Part shown: positions 1-9,294 of the stretch, piece by piece
How positions within the stretch are numbered: position 1 is the first letter of the stretch
Layout of the letters: every line of letters starts with the position of its first letter
NCBI GenBank assembly: GCA_945898045.1
Contig: CAMDGG010000006.1
Location: forward strand, 5,393 to 69,392
DNA: 64,000 nucleotides
Reading direction: 5' to 3'
Origin: a bacterium UBP8_UBA817
Lineage (GTDB): Bacteria > Margulisbacteria > Marinamargulisbacteria > SXXA01 > SICP01
Translations under genes and position numbers: made by a program
The notes under the pieces: generated by a model
The model's database searches: none
Told to the model about the DNA's origin: nothing
What the model saw: only the letters and a program-made list of their open reading frames with translations

Positions 1-1
1 A

Positions 2-301
2 ACCACCACACCAGACAAAAAAACGGCCCAGCTCATAGCAAAGCAACTACTCGAAAACAAACTCGCTGCATGCGTCCAAATATCAGGCCCCATTGAAAGT
101 CATTATACTTGGAACAACCAGAGAAAAACTGCAGAAGAATGGCAATGTTCAATCAAAACACAAGCACATTTATTCAACAAAATAGAAACTTTAATTAGTG
201 CTAATCACCCTTATGAGACACCCGAAATTATAGGCATCCCAATTCTTAATATAAGCAAACAATATGCCGATTGGATAAAGAAAGAAACTACAATTTCTTA
301 G
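2..301 (+). CDS. cutA: divalent-cation tolerance protein CutA (5' end outside window)
   Basis: Frame-2 translation reads ...KLAACVQISGPIESHYTWNNQRKTAEEWQCSIKT...ANHPYETPEIIGIPI...YADWIKKETTIS*. The AACVQI / Y-W / EEW / HPYE-PEI pattern is typical of CutA1. It is absent from the ORF track because it has no in-window start. Confidence 0.85.
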   Translation, partial: TTTPDKKTAQLIAKQLLENKLAACVQISGPIESHYTWNNQRKTAEEWQCSIKTQAHLFNKIETLISANHPYETPEIIGIPILNISKQYADWIKKETTIS

Positions 302-1724
302 CGGCCTGAGAAAGCTTTATATCCGCCACTTTAGTCTCAAAGCGGCCAATAGCAGCTTGAACCTGACGTAACCGTGCACCATCTTTAGACGTTTCAAATA
401 GTTTCTTTAGGGTATTCAAAGATACAATATCCAGCTCCGCAGTCTTAATCGCGCGATCATACTCTGCCCCAACCAAAGCCAAACTACCATTTTTTTTGTA
501 CAAATCGGCGAGCGCCAAATGTACAACCGGCAAATCAACGCTAGGAAGCAATTCACCCTTCACCCCTGCACGCTTCAATTCTTCCAGAGCTTTGTTTTGA
601 TCTCCAGCTGCTAGATATACTTTAGAAAGCATATAGTGTGGGATAGGCGATGTAGGAGACTGAGAAATTTGTGCTTGATATGCAGCCACCGCGTCCTGAA
701 CATTCCCCTGCATCTTCGCCTGATAGCCTCGCAAAGTCACATCCAACACTTTGAGTGGATTCTGATTCAAAAAGGTCTGAACATACGATTGCAACACATA
801 CCCACGTCTAGAAGCCAGAATAGACTCTTTCTCTTTTCCATAATCTAAATCTAGTGGACGTGGACGATCTCTACGATCCAAAACCTGCACAATTTCATAT
901 CCCAACGACGTCTGAATAGGCACTGAGACCTGACCATTTTTCAAAGAAAACAACGCATTATCAAGTGCAATTTCAGTCGCCCCACCAGCCACCCATCCCA
1001 AGTCTCCCCCAGAAGCCTTGGTTGAAAGATCATCAGAATACAAACGTGCCGCTTCTTCAAAAGCCAACCCTTTAAGCACTTTTTGAGTGATATCTAGCGC
1101 CTTCGTTTTCGCAGTGGCATCCATCGTAGGAGACGTGACACGCACAATAAGATGTCTCACCTTAAGTTCCGTATATTTGCGGTCTACATCCGCATCAGAA
1201 ACAGACAGTCCATCTTGCAATTTCTTAGAGAATTTCTGCACCATATAGTCGTTTTCTTGATTTTCCAAAAACGTATCATAGGTAATATTACGAGACGCCA
1301 AAAGCGCCTTCAATTCTTTCTTTCCAGACAATTTCAATTGCAAATAAACAGAATCCAACAACTGACTCCGCTCAGACCTGCTTATACTAATATCCGCCTT
1401 CTTTGCCCCTTCCAATAAAACCTCAAATTGAAGTGCCCTTAAAAAAGAATTCCATTGAAAAACTTCTAGGTAATCAGGTGTCAAATTCTCATAAGGACGT
1501 TCCTGACGAAATTGCTCCAAAATAACGGATAAATTTTGATAAAAATGTGCTTGACTCACAGAAAGAGGCCCCGCAGTTGCAACCATTTTAGACAAATCTT
1601 GAGACGGCGTTTTTTTCATAAATGAATTACCAAAAAATACTGCCCCTGCAAGCATCGTAACCCCAAATATAATCACAATAGACCAAACAATAATCGATGC
1701 TTTTTCTCTAAAAAAATTTAACAT
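288..1724 (-). CDS. membrane-anchored parvulin-type peptidyl-prolyl isomerase (PpiD/SurA-like) with C-terminal TPR-like region
   Basis: N-terminal TM helix (IIVWSIVIIFGVTMLAGAVFF). PpiC rotamase motifs (LKVRHLIV, GGDLGWV, LGYEIVQV). The C-terminus (HYMLSKVYLAAGDQNKALEELKRA...LADLYKKNG) looks TPR-like. Confidence 0.8.
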   Translation of the reverse strand: MLNFFREKASIIVWSIVIIFGVTMLAGAVFFGNSFMKKTPSQDLSKMVATAGPLSVSQAHFYQNLSVILEQFRQERPYENLTPDYLEVFQWNSFLRALQFEVLLEGAKKADISISRSERSQLLDSVYLQLKLSGKKELKALLASRNITYDTFLENQENDYMVQKFSKKLQDGLSVSDADVDRKYTELKVRHLIVRVTSPTMDATAKTKALDITQKVLKGLAFEEAARLYSDDLSTKASGGDLGWVAGGATEIALDNALFSLKNGQVSVPIQTSLGYEIVQVLDRRDRPRPLDLDYGKEKESILASRRGYVLQSYVQTFLNQNPLKVLDVTLRGYQAKMQGNVQDAVAAYQAQISQSPTSPIPHYMLSKVYLAAGDQNKALEELKRAGVKGELLPSVDLPVVHLALADLYKKNGSLALVGAEYDRAIKTAELDIVSLNTLKKLFETSKDGARLRQVQAAIGRFETKVADIKLSQAAKKL

Positions 1725-1735
1725 TCAGAACTCCT

Positions 1736-2623
1736 TTAAAACGTGGTTTTCAACGAACGTGATACCGCAATAAACGCGCCAACCACACCCAAGAAAACGC
1801 CCATACCTGCCAACATTAAATAAATTGTTCGCAACGTATTCACATCATACATAAGCGGAAAATATGGAATCGTATCCTGAAACCATTGCACAAAATACAC
1901 ATAAAAAAGCTTTAAAATAATAATCGAAATACCCGCCCCTAAAGACCCAATAATTAAGCCTTCTATTAAAAATGGCCACCGAACAAATTGATTAGTAGCC
2001 CCCACAAGCTGCATAATCTCAATCTCATGTTGCCGAGCAATAACCGTCAAACGAATCGTGTTCATCACAATAAGCAACGTCGCCAACGTTAATAAGCCCA
2101 CCAACACAAAGCCGCTATACCGCAAAAACTTAGAAACCGTTTGAATCTGCTGCGCAATCACACCACCATAAACCACATCGTCAATTAAAGAATCCATCCG
2201 TCTAAAATAAGCCGCCATCGATTCAATATCTTTTTGATCAACCAGCTTCACATAAATCGTATCTGGCAGTGGATTTGAGCGCACCCAATCTGCTAAAGGC
2301 ATATTCGGATAATTCGTCTGAAATTTTTTCCAAGCATCATCACGCGTCACCAATTTAACCGACTTCACCTCTTTCATTTTAGCAATGCGCGCTCTTAAAT
2401 CAGACTCCGCACCTTCCGAAGCAGACTGCTTCAAATACAAACGAATCTCCAACTTAGACGCCATAAAATCGCCCAAATTTGCAATATTGGCAGACATCAG
2501 CAAAAACATACCCAACACAATCAAAGAAACCGTAATCGTCGCAATAGAAATCAAAATCATAAGACCAGAACGACGCATCCCCGTAATAGCTTCGGACAGG
2601 AAAAAAATAAAATCCGTCATCAT
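1736..2623 (-). CDS. ftsX: cell-division ABC transporter permease FtsX
   Basis: Four-TM FtsX topology, N-terminal ...AITGMRRSGLM... motif, and a 4-nt overlap with upstream ftsE. Confidence 0.9.
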   Translation of the reverse strand: MMTDFIFFLSEAITGMRRSGLMILISIATITVSLIVLGMFLLMSANIANLGDFMASKLEIRLYLKQSASEGAESDLRARIAKMKEVKSVKLVTRDDAWKKFQTNYPNMPLADWVRSNPLPDTIYVKLVDQKDIESMAAYFRRMDSLIDDVVYGGVIAQQIQTVSKFLRYSGFVLVGLLTLATLLIVMNTIRLTVIARQHEIEIMQLVGATNQFVRWPFLIEGLIIGSLGAGISIIILKLFYVYFVQWFQDTIPYFPLMYDVNTLRTIYLMLAGMGVFLGVVGAFIAVSRSLKTTF

Positions 2624-3300
2624 CCTTCGTATTGCCCCAATTCTTTATCTCGAATTACTTTACCATTTTCAAGACCTACAACGCGCTTTCTAATATCATC
2701 CACAATACTCTTATTATGCGTCGCCACAACCACCGTGGTTTGACGTGCATTAATCTTGCTCAACAACTGCATAATTTCCCAAGACGTATCAGGATCCAAA
2801 CTACCCGTAGGTTCATCTGCAAGCAAAATGGGAGGATTATTTACAATAGCGCGAGCAATACAAATACGCTGCTGCTCCCCCCCAGACAACTCCGAAGGAT
2901 AATGGTTAAATTTCTCCGAAAGGCCTACTAATTCCAAAACCTGCGTCACCTGACGTCTAATCCGTGCTCGGGAATAGTGCATCACTCTTAAAGCAAAGGC
3001 TATATTTTCATACACCGTACGACGAGGCAATAACTTATAATCCTGGAAAATCATACCTATGCCGCGACGAAAATAAGGAATTTGATTTTTCTTAATCGAA
3101 TTAAGCGCAAAATTATCAATATAAATTTCACCCGAGCTGGGCACTTCAGAACGAAAAATCATATTCAACAAACTGGATTTTCCAGCACCAGAAGGCCCTA
3201 CCAAATAGACGAATTCACCGCGACCAATATGCAAAGTCACATCTTCTAAAGCAACAAAACCATTAGGAAAAACTTTACTAATATTTTTAATCCGTATCAT
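2620..3300 (-). CDS. ftsE: cell-division ATP-binding protein FtsE
   Basis: Walker A GPSGAGKSS, ABC signature LSGGEQQR, Walker B LLADEPTG. Paired with ftsX. Confidence 0.92.
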   Translation of the reverse strand: MIRIKNISKVFPNGFVALEDVTLHIGRGEFVYLVGPSGAGKSSLLNMIFRSEVPSSGEIYIDNFALNSIKKNQIPYFRRGIGMIFQDYKLLPRRTVYENIAFALRVMHYSRARIRRQVTQVLELVGLSEKFNHYPSELSGGEQQRICIARAIVNNPPILLADEPTGSLDPDTSWEIMQLLSKINARQTTVVVATHNKSIVDDIRKRVVGLENGKVIRDKELGQYEG

Positions 3301-3307
3301 AAGTCTC

Positions 3308-5293
3308 CTATATCCCCACTTTCCGCATACGCGCTACAATTGCTTCTACCGTAAATCCAAAATATTTCTTCAACTCATGGGCAGGCGCACTTTCTCCAAA
3401 AGTATCAATAGAAACCACATGCCCTTCACGGCCTACAAAACGATGCCAACCAAAAGATGTCCCTGCTTCAATAGCCCAAAATTGCTTTACCTGTCCATCC
3501 AAAATAGACGTGCGATACGCTGAATCTTGACGATCAAATAGTTCAAAAGAAGGAACGGAAACCACTTTTACCGAATATCCCTGTGCTTCCTGATATGCCG
3601 CAACATCCAACGCCAAAGAAACTTCAGCACCTGTCGCAAACAAACAATAGTCAATATCCGTTCTAGAAGCCACTTTCACGATATAAGCACCACGTGCAAC
3701 ACCTTCAAATGAAGATTGTGTCAAATCAGGAACCCCAAGACGACTTAAAATCAAAGCCACAGGCCCTTCTTCACGAACTGCAGCTGCCCAAGCACCACGC
3801 ACTTCTGTCGCATCCGCAGGTCTGATCACCACAAGCCCCGGCATCGCGCGAAGCGACGCAACATGCTCAACAGGTTGATGCGTCGGGCCATCTTCACCCA
3901 AAAACACACTGTCATGCGTAAAATGATAAACCACTTTTTGCTTCATCAGAGCAGACAACCGAATCGCATTGCGCATATAATCCGAAAACGTTAAAAACGT
4001 ACCGCAGGTGGCAGACAACATGCCATGAAGAGACAATCCTGTACTCATCGCACCCATTGCAAATTCTCGCACACCATATTTAATATTTCGCCCTTCAAAT
4101 GACGCCGTTGCAACCGTACCCATGCCAGCCAAAAGTGTATTATCCGAAGAAGATAAATCCGCAGATCCCACCACTAACCAAGGTAATGCTTTACCGACCA
4201 CTTGCAACACAGCATTAGAAGACTGACGCGTCGCTAAGTTAGGTTTAATAACAACAGATTGAATCTGAGCATCTAGATCTGAAACCAGAGATTTCTCAAT
4301 ACACTGTTTCCATAATCTTGATTGCTCAAGATTAACAGTAGACCAAGCTAAAAAACGACGCTGCCATTCTGCATAATAAGCCACATCCCGCGCCTGCTTC
4401 TCTTCAAAATAAGTACTAACCGTAGCAGGCACATCGAAAAGTGACGTCGTCGAAATACCTAAAATTTCTTTTGCACGCAAAGTTTCTTCTGCACCCAGCG
4501 CCTTACCATGCGATTCATTAGATCCTTGAACAGAAGGCGCACCATATCCGATCACTGTTTTCGCAATAATCAAAACAGGCCGATCTGCTAACTGTGCCTG
4601 TGAAAATGCATTATGAATCTGATCAAAATCATGACCACTCGTCTCTAACACCAACCAACCATACGCCTCATATCGAACTCGCGTATTTTCGGTAAAACAC
4701 TCAGCCGTAGTTCCATCCAAACAAATATCATTGGAATCATAAATCACAATCAAATTATCCAAACACAAATGCCCTGCCAGAGAACTTGATTCAGAAGTGA
4801 TCCCTTCCATCAAATCCCCATCACCCACCAAGACATATACTTTTGCATCCAACAACTTTTCAGCAGCAACATCAAAACGTGCTGCACTCATTTTTTGTCC
4901 AAGTGCTATACCCGTCGCCGTCGCTAAGCCTTGGCCCAAAGGACCTGTAGTCGTTTCAACACCAGGCGTTAACAAATACTCAGGATGTCCAGGGGTCTTA
5001 GAATGCAACTGTCTAAATTTCTTCACTTCATCAAGAGAAAGATCAAATCCCGCCACGTGCAAAGTTGCGTACAAAAGTGCACTCCCATGCCCCGCAGACA
5101 AAACAAACCGATCCCGATTAATCCACTTCGGATCTTTTGGATTATGCCTTAAAACAACACCATACAGATAGGCCATTAAATCTGCACATCCCAATGGCAA
5201 CCCTGGGTGACCACATCCAGCAGCTTCTACAGCATCTATAGACAACCCACGTAACGTTTTCGCAATATCCCGCAATACTAACCATTTATCCAT
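3308..5293 (-). CDS. tkt: transketolase
   Basis: 661 aa with GHPG, GDGDLMEG and SHDSV-like (THDSVFLGEDGPTHQP) motifs characteristic of Tkt. Confidence 0.95.
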   Translation of the reverse strand: MDKWLVLRDIAKTLRGLSIDAVEAAGCGHPGLPLGCADLMAYLYGVVLRHNPKDPKWINRDRFVLSAGHGSALLYATLHVAGFDLSLDEVKKFRQLHSKTPGHPEYLLTPGVETTTGPLGQGLATATGIALGQKMSAARFDVAAEKLLDAKVYVLVGDGDLMEGITSESSSLAGHLCLDNLIVIYDSNDICLDGTTAECFTENTRVRYEAYGWLVLETSGHDFDQIHNAFSQAQLADRPVLIIAKTVIGYGAPSVQGSNESHGKALGAEETLRAKEILGISTTSLFDVPATVSTYFEEKQARDVAYYAEWQRRFLAWSTVNLEQSRLWKQCIEKSLVSDLDAQIQSVVIKPNLATRQSSNAVLQVVGKALPWLVVGSADLSSSDNTLLAGMGTVATASFEGRNIKYGVREFAMGAMSTGLSLHGMLSATCGTFLTFSDYMRNAIRLSALMKQKVVYHFTHDSVFLGEDGPTHQPVEHVASLRAMPGLVVIRPADATEVRGAWAAAVREEGPVALILSRLGVPDLTQSSFEGVARGAYIVKVASRTDIDYCLFATGAEVSLALDVAAYQEAQGYSVKVVSVPSFELFDRQDSAYRTSILDGQVKQFWAIEAGTSFGWHRFVGREGHVVSIDTFGESAPAHELKKYFGFTVEAIVARMRKVGI

Positions 5294-5320
5294 AATGTAT
5301 TATGCCTACTTTTTTAATTT

Positions 5321-6403
5321 TTAAGGAAATAATCTTTTAAACAAACTCATACGGTCTTGCCAATGCACCACATCATTTACCAAAATGATCACCATAACAG
5401 ACACTAAAATAATAATACCCGCAGTATTAACACGGGCTTCCCATTTTTTATTGATAGGTTTTCCAAACAACGCTTCCAGTAGTAGAAAAACCATATGCCC
5501 ACCATCTAAAACAGGAAACGGAAATAAATTAAATACCCCAAGACTAATACTAATCATAGCCATAATATTTAAAAAATAGACCACGCCCTGATGAAGCCCA
5601 AAAGCAGCAAATTGAACAATACCGATAGGCCCTGACATTTCTTTCAAACCCGCTTTTCCATGAATCAAATAAGAAATGCTATGAAAAACACCCCAGATAC
5701 GACTAGCCGTTGCCTCAATACTTAAAAGAAACCCCTGAAAAACGCCATACTGCTTCACTTCCTGTTTAAAAATAATCCCAATCAAAGCCTCTTTAGACTC
5801 CGCTTTCAAAATTTCAGGCGCAATCAAAACCGAATTCAATTTACCCTCACGCATAAATTCAAAATGCAGCGACTTACCAGCAGATTGATGAATCACGCGC
5901 ACCATATCCGAAACACGCCCCCCATCTACTGGCTTAGACTCGAAACGAACAATCTTATCTCCAGTAGATAAACCAGCCCGAGCAGCCGGAGAACCGGGAA
6001 CCACCCCCGACACTACAGAAGTTTGCTCTGGAACTCCCAAGCCAATGTACATCACTAGAAAAATAACAAACCCTAAAAGTATATTCATGAGAGACCCAGC
6101 AGAAATGGTCAAAAGTCGTGCTGGAATTGATTTTTTATTATAATTTAAATAATCCGGAACCTCCGTATCGGACTCATCCATTCCGGCCAATTTTACAAAG
6201 CCTCCAAAAGGAAAAATACGCAACGAATACTCGGTCTCACCCACCTTACGTCCCCAAAGACGAGGCCCCATACCAATACTAAATTCCAAAACACCTACGC
6301 CAGCTCTTTTAGCTGCCCATAAATGTCCCAATTCGTGGATAAAAATAACAAAACCCAACGACAAAATAGTAATCAAAAAACCCATATTATGATCATACCC
6401 CAA
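5321..6403 (-). CDS. rseP: RIP metalloprotease RseP (M50 site-2 protease with PDZ domain)
   Basis: HELGHLWAAK zinc motif, central PDZ-like segment (GSPAARAGLSTGDKIV), and a C-terminal NLFPFPVLDGGH motif. Confidence 0.9.
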   Translation of the reverse strand: MGYDHNMGFLITILSLGFVIFIHELGHLWAAKRAGVGVLEFSIGMGPRLWGRKVGETEYSLRIFPFGGFVKLAGMDESDTEVPDYLNYNKKSIPARLLTISAGSLMNILLGFVIFLVMYIGLGVPEQTSVVSGVVPGSPAARAGLSTGDKIVRFESKPVDGGRVSDMVRVIHQSAGKSLHFEFMREGKLNSVLIAPEILKAESKEALIGIIFKQEVKQYGVFQGFLLSIEATASRIWGVFHSISYLIHGKAGLKEMSGPIGIVQFAAFGLHQGVVYFLNIMAMISISLGVFNLFPFPVLDGGHMVFLLLEALFGKPINKKWEARVNTAGIIILVSVMVIILVNDVVHWQDRMSLFKRLFP

Positions 6404-6406
6404 CTA

Positions 6407-7072
6407 TTATCCTGACGTCGAGCATGAACTCCCCGTCTCTATAAAATCAGACGTCTTTTGTTTCAAAAACTCTTCAGGATCCACACCCAATTGTCTAGCT
6501 ACATTAACCATCGAAAACAACATCTCACCCATAGACTCTTTCAAAACCAATAAGTTATCCTGCTCACACAATCGTTTTAACTTCTCGAGCTCACCTGAAA
6601 CATCAGAAAAAACATAACCATTTCTCTCCGCACGCTTTTGAACTTTATGTGCTCGCATTAATGACGGCAAAGCTTTTGGAATAGAGGCATAGAGGCCTGC
6701 ATCTTGCTTCTCTTCTTTTTTGATACGCTCCCAATTTTCCCACACTTCCGAAACCGTAGAAATTTCAGTATCAGAAAAGACATGCGGATGCCGACGAATC
6801 ATTTTCTCCGTCACATCTTTCACAACCTCCAGAATACCAAACGCCCCTAACTCTTTCGCCATGCCAGACAACATCACGACATGCAACAAAACATCTCCCA
6901 GCTCTTCCCGCATTGCTGATAGATCAGTATCACGAAGAGAATCTGACAACTCATAGGCCTCTTCTAAAATATGCGGGAGCAAAGAAGGAAAAGTCTGCTC
7001 ACGATCCCAAGGGCATCCGTCAGGCGCTCTAAGACGCCTAACTACCTCTAGTAACTCATCAAACGCCTGCAC
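6407..7072 (-). CDS. mazG: nucleoside triphosphate pyrophosphohydrolase MazG
   Basis: LRAPDGCPWDREQTF...EEAYEL...ELGDVLL motifs of the MazG family. Confidence 0.88.
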   Translation of the reverse strand: MQAFDELLEVVRRLRAPDGCPWDREQTFPSLLPHILEEAYELSDSLRDTDLSAMREELGDVLLHVVMLSGMAKELGAFGILEVVKDVTEKMIRRHPHVFSDTEISTVSEVWENWERIKKEEKQDAGLYASIPKALPSLMRAHKVQKRAERNGYVFSDVSGELEKLKRLCEQDNLLVLKESMGEMLFSMVNVARQLGVDPEEFLKQKTSDFIETGSSCSTSG

Positions 7073-7084
7073 AAAAAGAAAGAA

Positions 7085-7546
7085 CTACCCGACGGCAGCT
7101 CTCTTAAAAAAGACTTCTTTTTCTTCTTGCTCAACACCTTGTTCAAACGTTGTTTTTTCTGAAGCATCTGCAATCATAATATTCGAAGGCGTAAATATGA
7201 AAATATTTTCACCAATTTTCATCATATGTCCATTAATCGCATAAGCTGTTCCACAAACGAAATCAATTAAGCGACGCCCAGAATCGGCATCTAAATATTT
7301 CAAATTAACAATCACAGGCTTACCTTCACGTAGACAGGTTGCGATATTTAAAGAATCCTCATAAATACGAGGCTCCTCCACTTTGATCTCGGATGCTCCA
7401 AATTTCTGAGCCAAAGAACTACTAGGGTTAATCAAAGATCCTTTAAATGACTTCACTACAGGCTGTCTCTCTTGCACAACAGGGGACTCATCATGCAAAT
7501 CCTCTTCAAAACCAAAAAACTCACGCATTTTCTTCCAAGAACTCAT
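7085..7546 (-). CDS. sepF: cell-division protein SepF
   Basis: C-terminal SepF core (PRIYEDSLNIATCLREGKPVIVNL...RLIDFVCGTAYAINGHMMKIGENIFIFTP). Adjacent to yggS, as in many genomes. Confidence 0.85.
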   Translation of the reverse strand: MSSWKKMREFFGFEEDLHDESPVVQERQPVVKSFKGSLINPSSSLAQKFGASEIKVEEPRIYEDSLNIATCLREGKPVIVNLKYLDADSGRRLIDFVCGTAYAINGHMMKIGENIFIFTPSNIMIADASEKTTFEQGVEQEEKEVFFKRAAVG

Positions 7547-8193
7547 TTAACCTCTCCTTCAAAAATTAAGCTACCTATCCTAACGAAATTTGCACCACAC
7601 TCGATTGCCATTTTATAATCTTCACTCATACCCATACTCAACGTATCCACACTAGAAAAACGGTGTTTCATTTCTTGAAATATAGCATGTAACTCTCGAA
7701 AATAACGCATTATCACAAAATTATCTTCTTCACTGGGAATTATGGCCATTATACCTCGAATTTCTATATTTAAAAATGCATTAGAATATTTCGATATAAA
7801 CTGCTCAAAAACAGCCCTATCAAACCCATACTTCTTCGGATCTTTAGCGATATTAATCTGAAATAGAATAGGCATCACCTTACCAATCGCAAGCGCTTCA
7901 TAATTAATTTTCTCTAGCAACACCTCGCTATCTACAGATTGTACACAATCAAATAATGCAACAGCTCTTTTAACTTTATTACGTTGCAAATGCCCTATCA
8001 TATGCCAAGAAACAGGGTGTGCACGTAACGCACGAATTTTAGTCTCGGCATCCTGAACACGACTTTCGCACAAAATCGTAGCCCCCGCCCGAATAACAGA
8101 CTCTGTCTCTTCTATGGAGGCAGCCTTACTGACCACACCCAGCTGAACAGGATAAATATCTGACTGAATCGCGCTAAAATTACTCGAAATCAT
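7543..8193 (-). CDS. yggS: YggS-family pyridoxal-phosphate homeostasis protein
   Basis: WHMIGHLQRNKVK motif and C-terminal SMGMSEDY...VRIGS. Confidence 0.88.
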   Translation of the reverse strand: MISSNFSAIQSDIYPVQLGVVSKAASIEETESVIRAGATILCESRVQDAETKIRALRAHPVSWHMIGHLQRNKVKRAVALFDCVQSVDSEVLLEKINYEALAIGKVMPILFQINIAKDPKKYGFDRAVFEQFISKYSNAFLNIEIRGIMAIIPSEEDNFVIMRYFRELHAIFQEMKHRFSSVDTLSMGMSEDYKMAIECGANFVRIGSLIFEGEVK

Positions 8194-8209
8194 TTTTTTC
8201 CAAAAAAAA

Positions 8210-8231
8210 GGCCCGTCAAATATGACGGGCC
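8210..8231 (-). terminator. rho-independent (bidirectional-type) terminator downstream of csp
   Basis: Perfect 8-bp stem GGCCCGTC (8210-8217) / GACGGGCC (8224-8231) with a 6-nt loop. It is flanked by A8 (8202-8209, a U-tract on the minus transcript) and TTTT (8232-8235). Confidence 0.8.
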
Positions 8232-8260
8232 TTTTCTATTAATACAGATAGACTATAAAA

Positions 8261-8476
8261 TTAAGCTTTTAATTTAACGTCTTTGGCCTCTAAGCCTTTT
8301 GCGCTAGTTGCTACATGAAACTCAACTTGCTGACCTTCTTCCAAAGTGCGGTAACCGCTACCTTGAATAGAATTGAAGTGAACGAACACATCATCACCGG
8401 ACGAACGGCTTACAAATCCGTATCCCTTTGTTGCATTAAACCACTTTACTGTACCTATTTCGCGTTGTTCTGACAT
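8261..8476 (-). CDS. cspA: cold-shock protein (CspA family)
   Basis: [15 protein letters not shown] (RNP1) and DVFVHF (RNP2). I prefer the internal ATG at 8476 (MSEQREIG...), which has AGGTAGG just upstream, over the track start at 8512. Confidence 0.9.
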   Translation of the reverse strand: MSEQREIGTVKWFNATKGYGFVSRSSGDDVFVHFNSIQGSGYRTLEEGQQVEFHVATSAKGLEAKDVKLKA

Positions 8477-8676
8477 ATGACTACCTACCTTTAATGATAA
8501 CTTGCCACCCATAAAGAGGGATAGCGTACAAAATATTAAGCGGGAATTGATGCCATGTCAAGCCTTTTCTGGAGACCCAAGAAAAATAAAATGCAAGTTC
8601 TCCAACAAAACTTACGATACTAGAGCCATACAAAGCTAAAACACTTCAAAAAAAAATAAAATGAAGGCAGATTAAA

Positions 8677-9294
8677 ATGACACAAGCAAAAACAAACATC
8701 CTAAAACAAACAACCCTCACAATCCTCAGTGTCATTGTATTAGGATCTTGTTTCAACATTTCTTGTGCAAATGACATCGATACAACCAAAAGCACCCTAA
8801 CAATAGACACACTCCTTCACTTTGGATCTGGTTTCAACGATACATTTCAAGCCCCTAGCGGCAGCAAAGATTCCGTTAACCTCAACAACAAAACCAACTC
8901 ACTATCCATACTCAGCGCCGGCTTTAAATCACTCGGACAAGAAATGGATCAATATAATGCTGATACACGAAGTGCAGCAAATGGTACTGGACCAGCTAGA
9001 GTAACCACTCCCCCACTTGTCTACCCCAATCCTTTCCGCCAACAAACTGGTGCAAAATTAGGGTATGGATTAGCTGGAGAAATCAATGAAATTGAAATTC
9101 AAATCTATGACATGATGGCTCATTTAATCACAAAAAAGACATTCAAAGATCAAGGTGCAAGACAAGGTTACAACCTTATTGATATCAATCTACAAACATT
9201 CGATGGCTATTTTCTTTCTGCGGGCGTTTATTTTTTCCTCATCCTAAACGACGGGAAAGTACTAGCTAAAGGAAAGGTTGCGGTGATCCCATGA
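8677..9294 (+). CDS. small secreted protein with T9SS-type (Por_Secre_tail / FlgD-Ig-like) C-terminal sorting domain
   Basis: N-terminal signal peptide with a possible lipobox (VLGSC). The C-terminal ~90 aa (LVYPNPFRQ...IEIQIYDMMAHLI...SAGVYFFLILNDGKVLAKGKVAVIP) follows the YPNPF ... GVYF ... K-x-V pattern of type A T9SS sorting domains. Confidence 0.6.
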   Translation: MTQAKTNILKQTTLTILSVIVLGSCFNISCANDIDTTKSTLTIDTLLHFGSGFNDTFQAPSGSKDSVNLNNKTNSLSILSAGFKSLGQEMDQYNADTRSAANGTGPARVTTPPLVYPNPFRQQTGAKLGYGLAGEINEIEIQIYDMMAHLITKKTFKDQGARQGYNLIDINLQTFDGYFLSAGVYFFLILNDGKVLAKGKVAVIP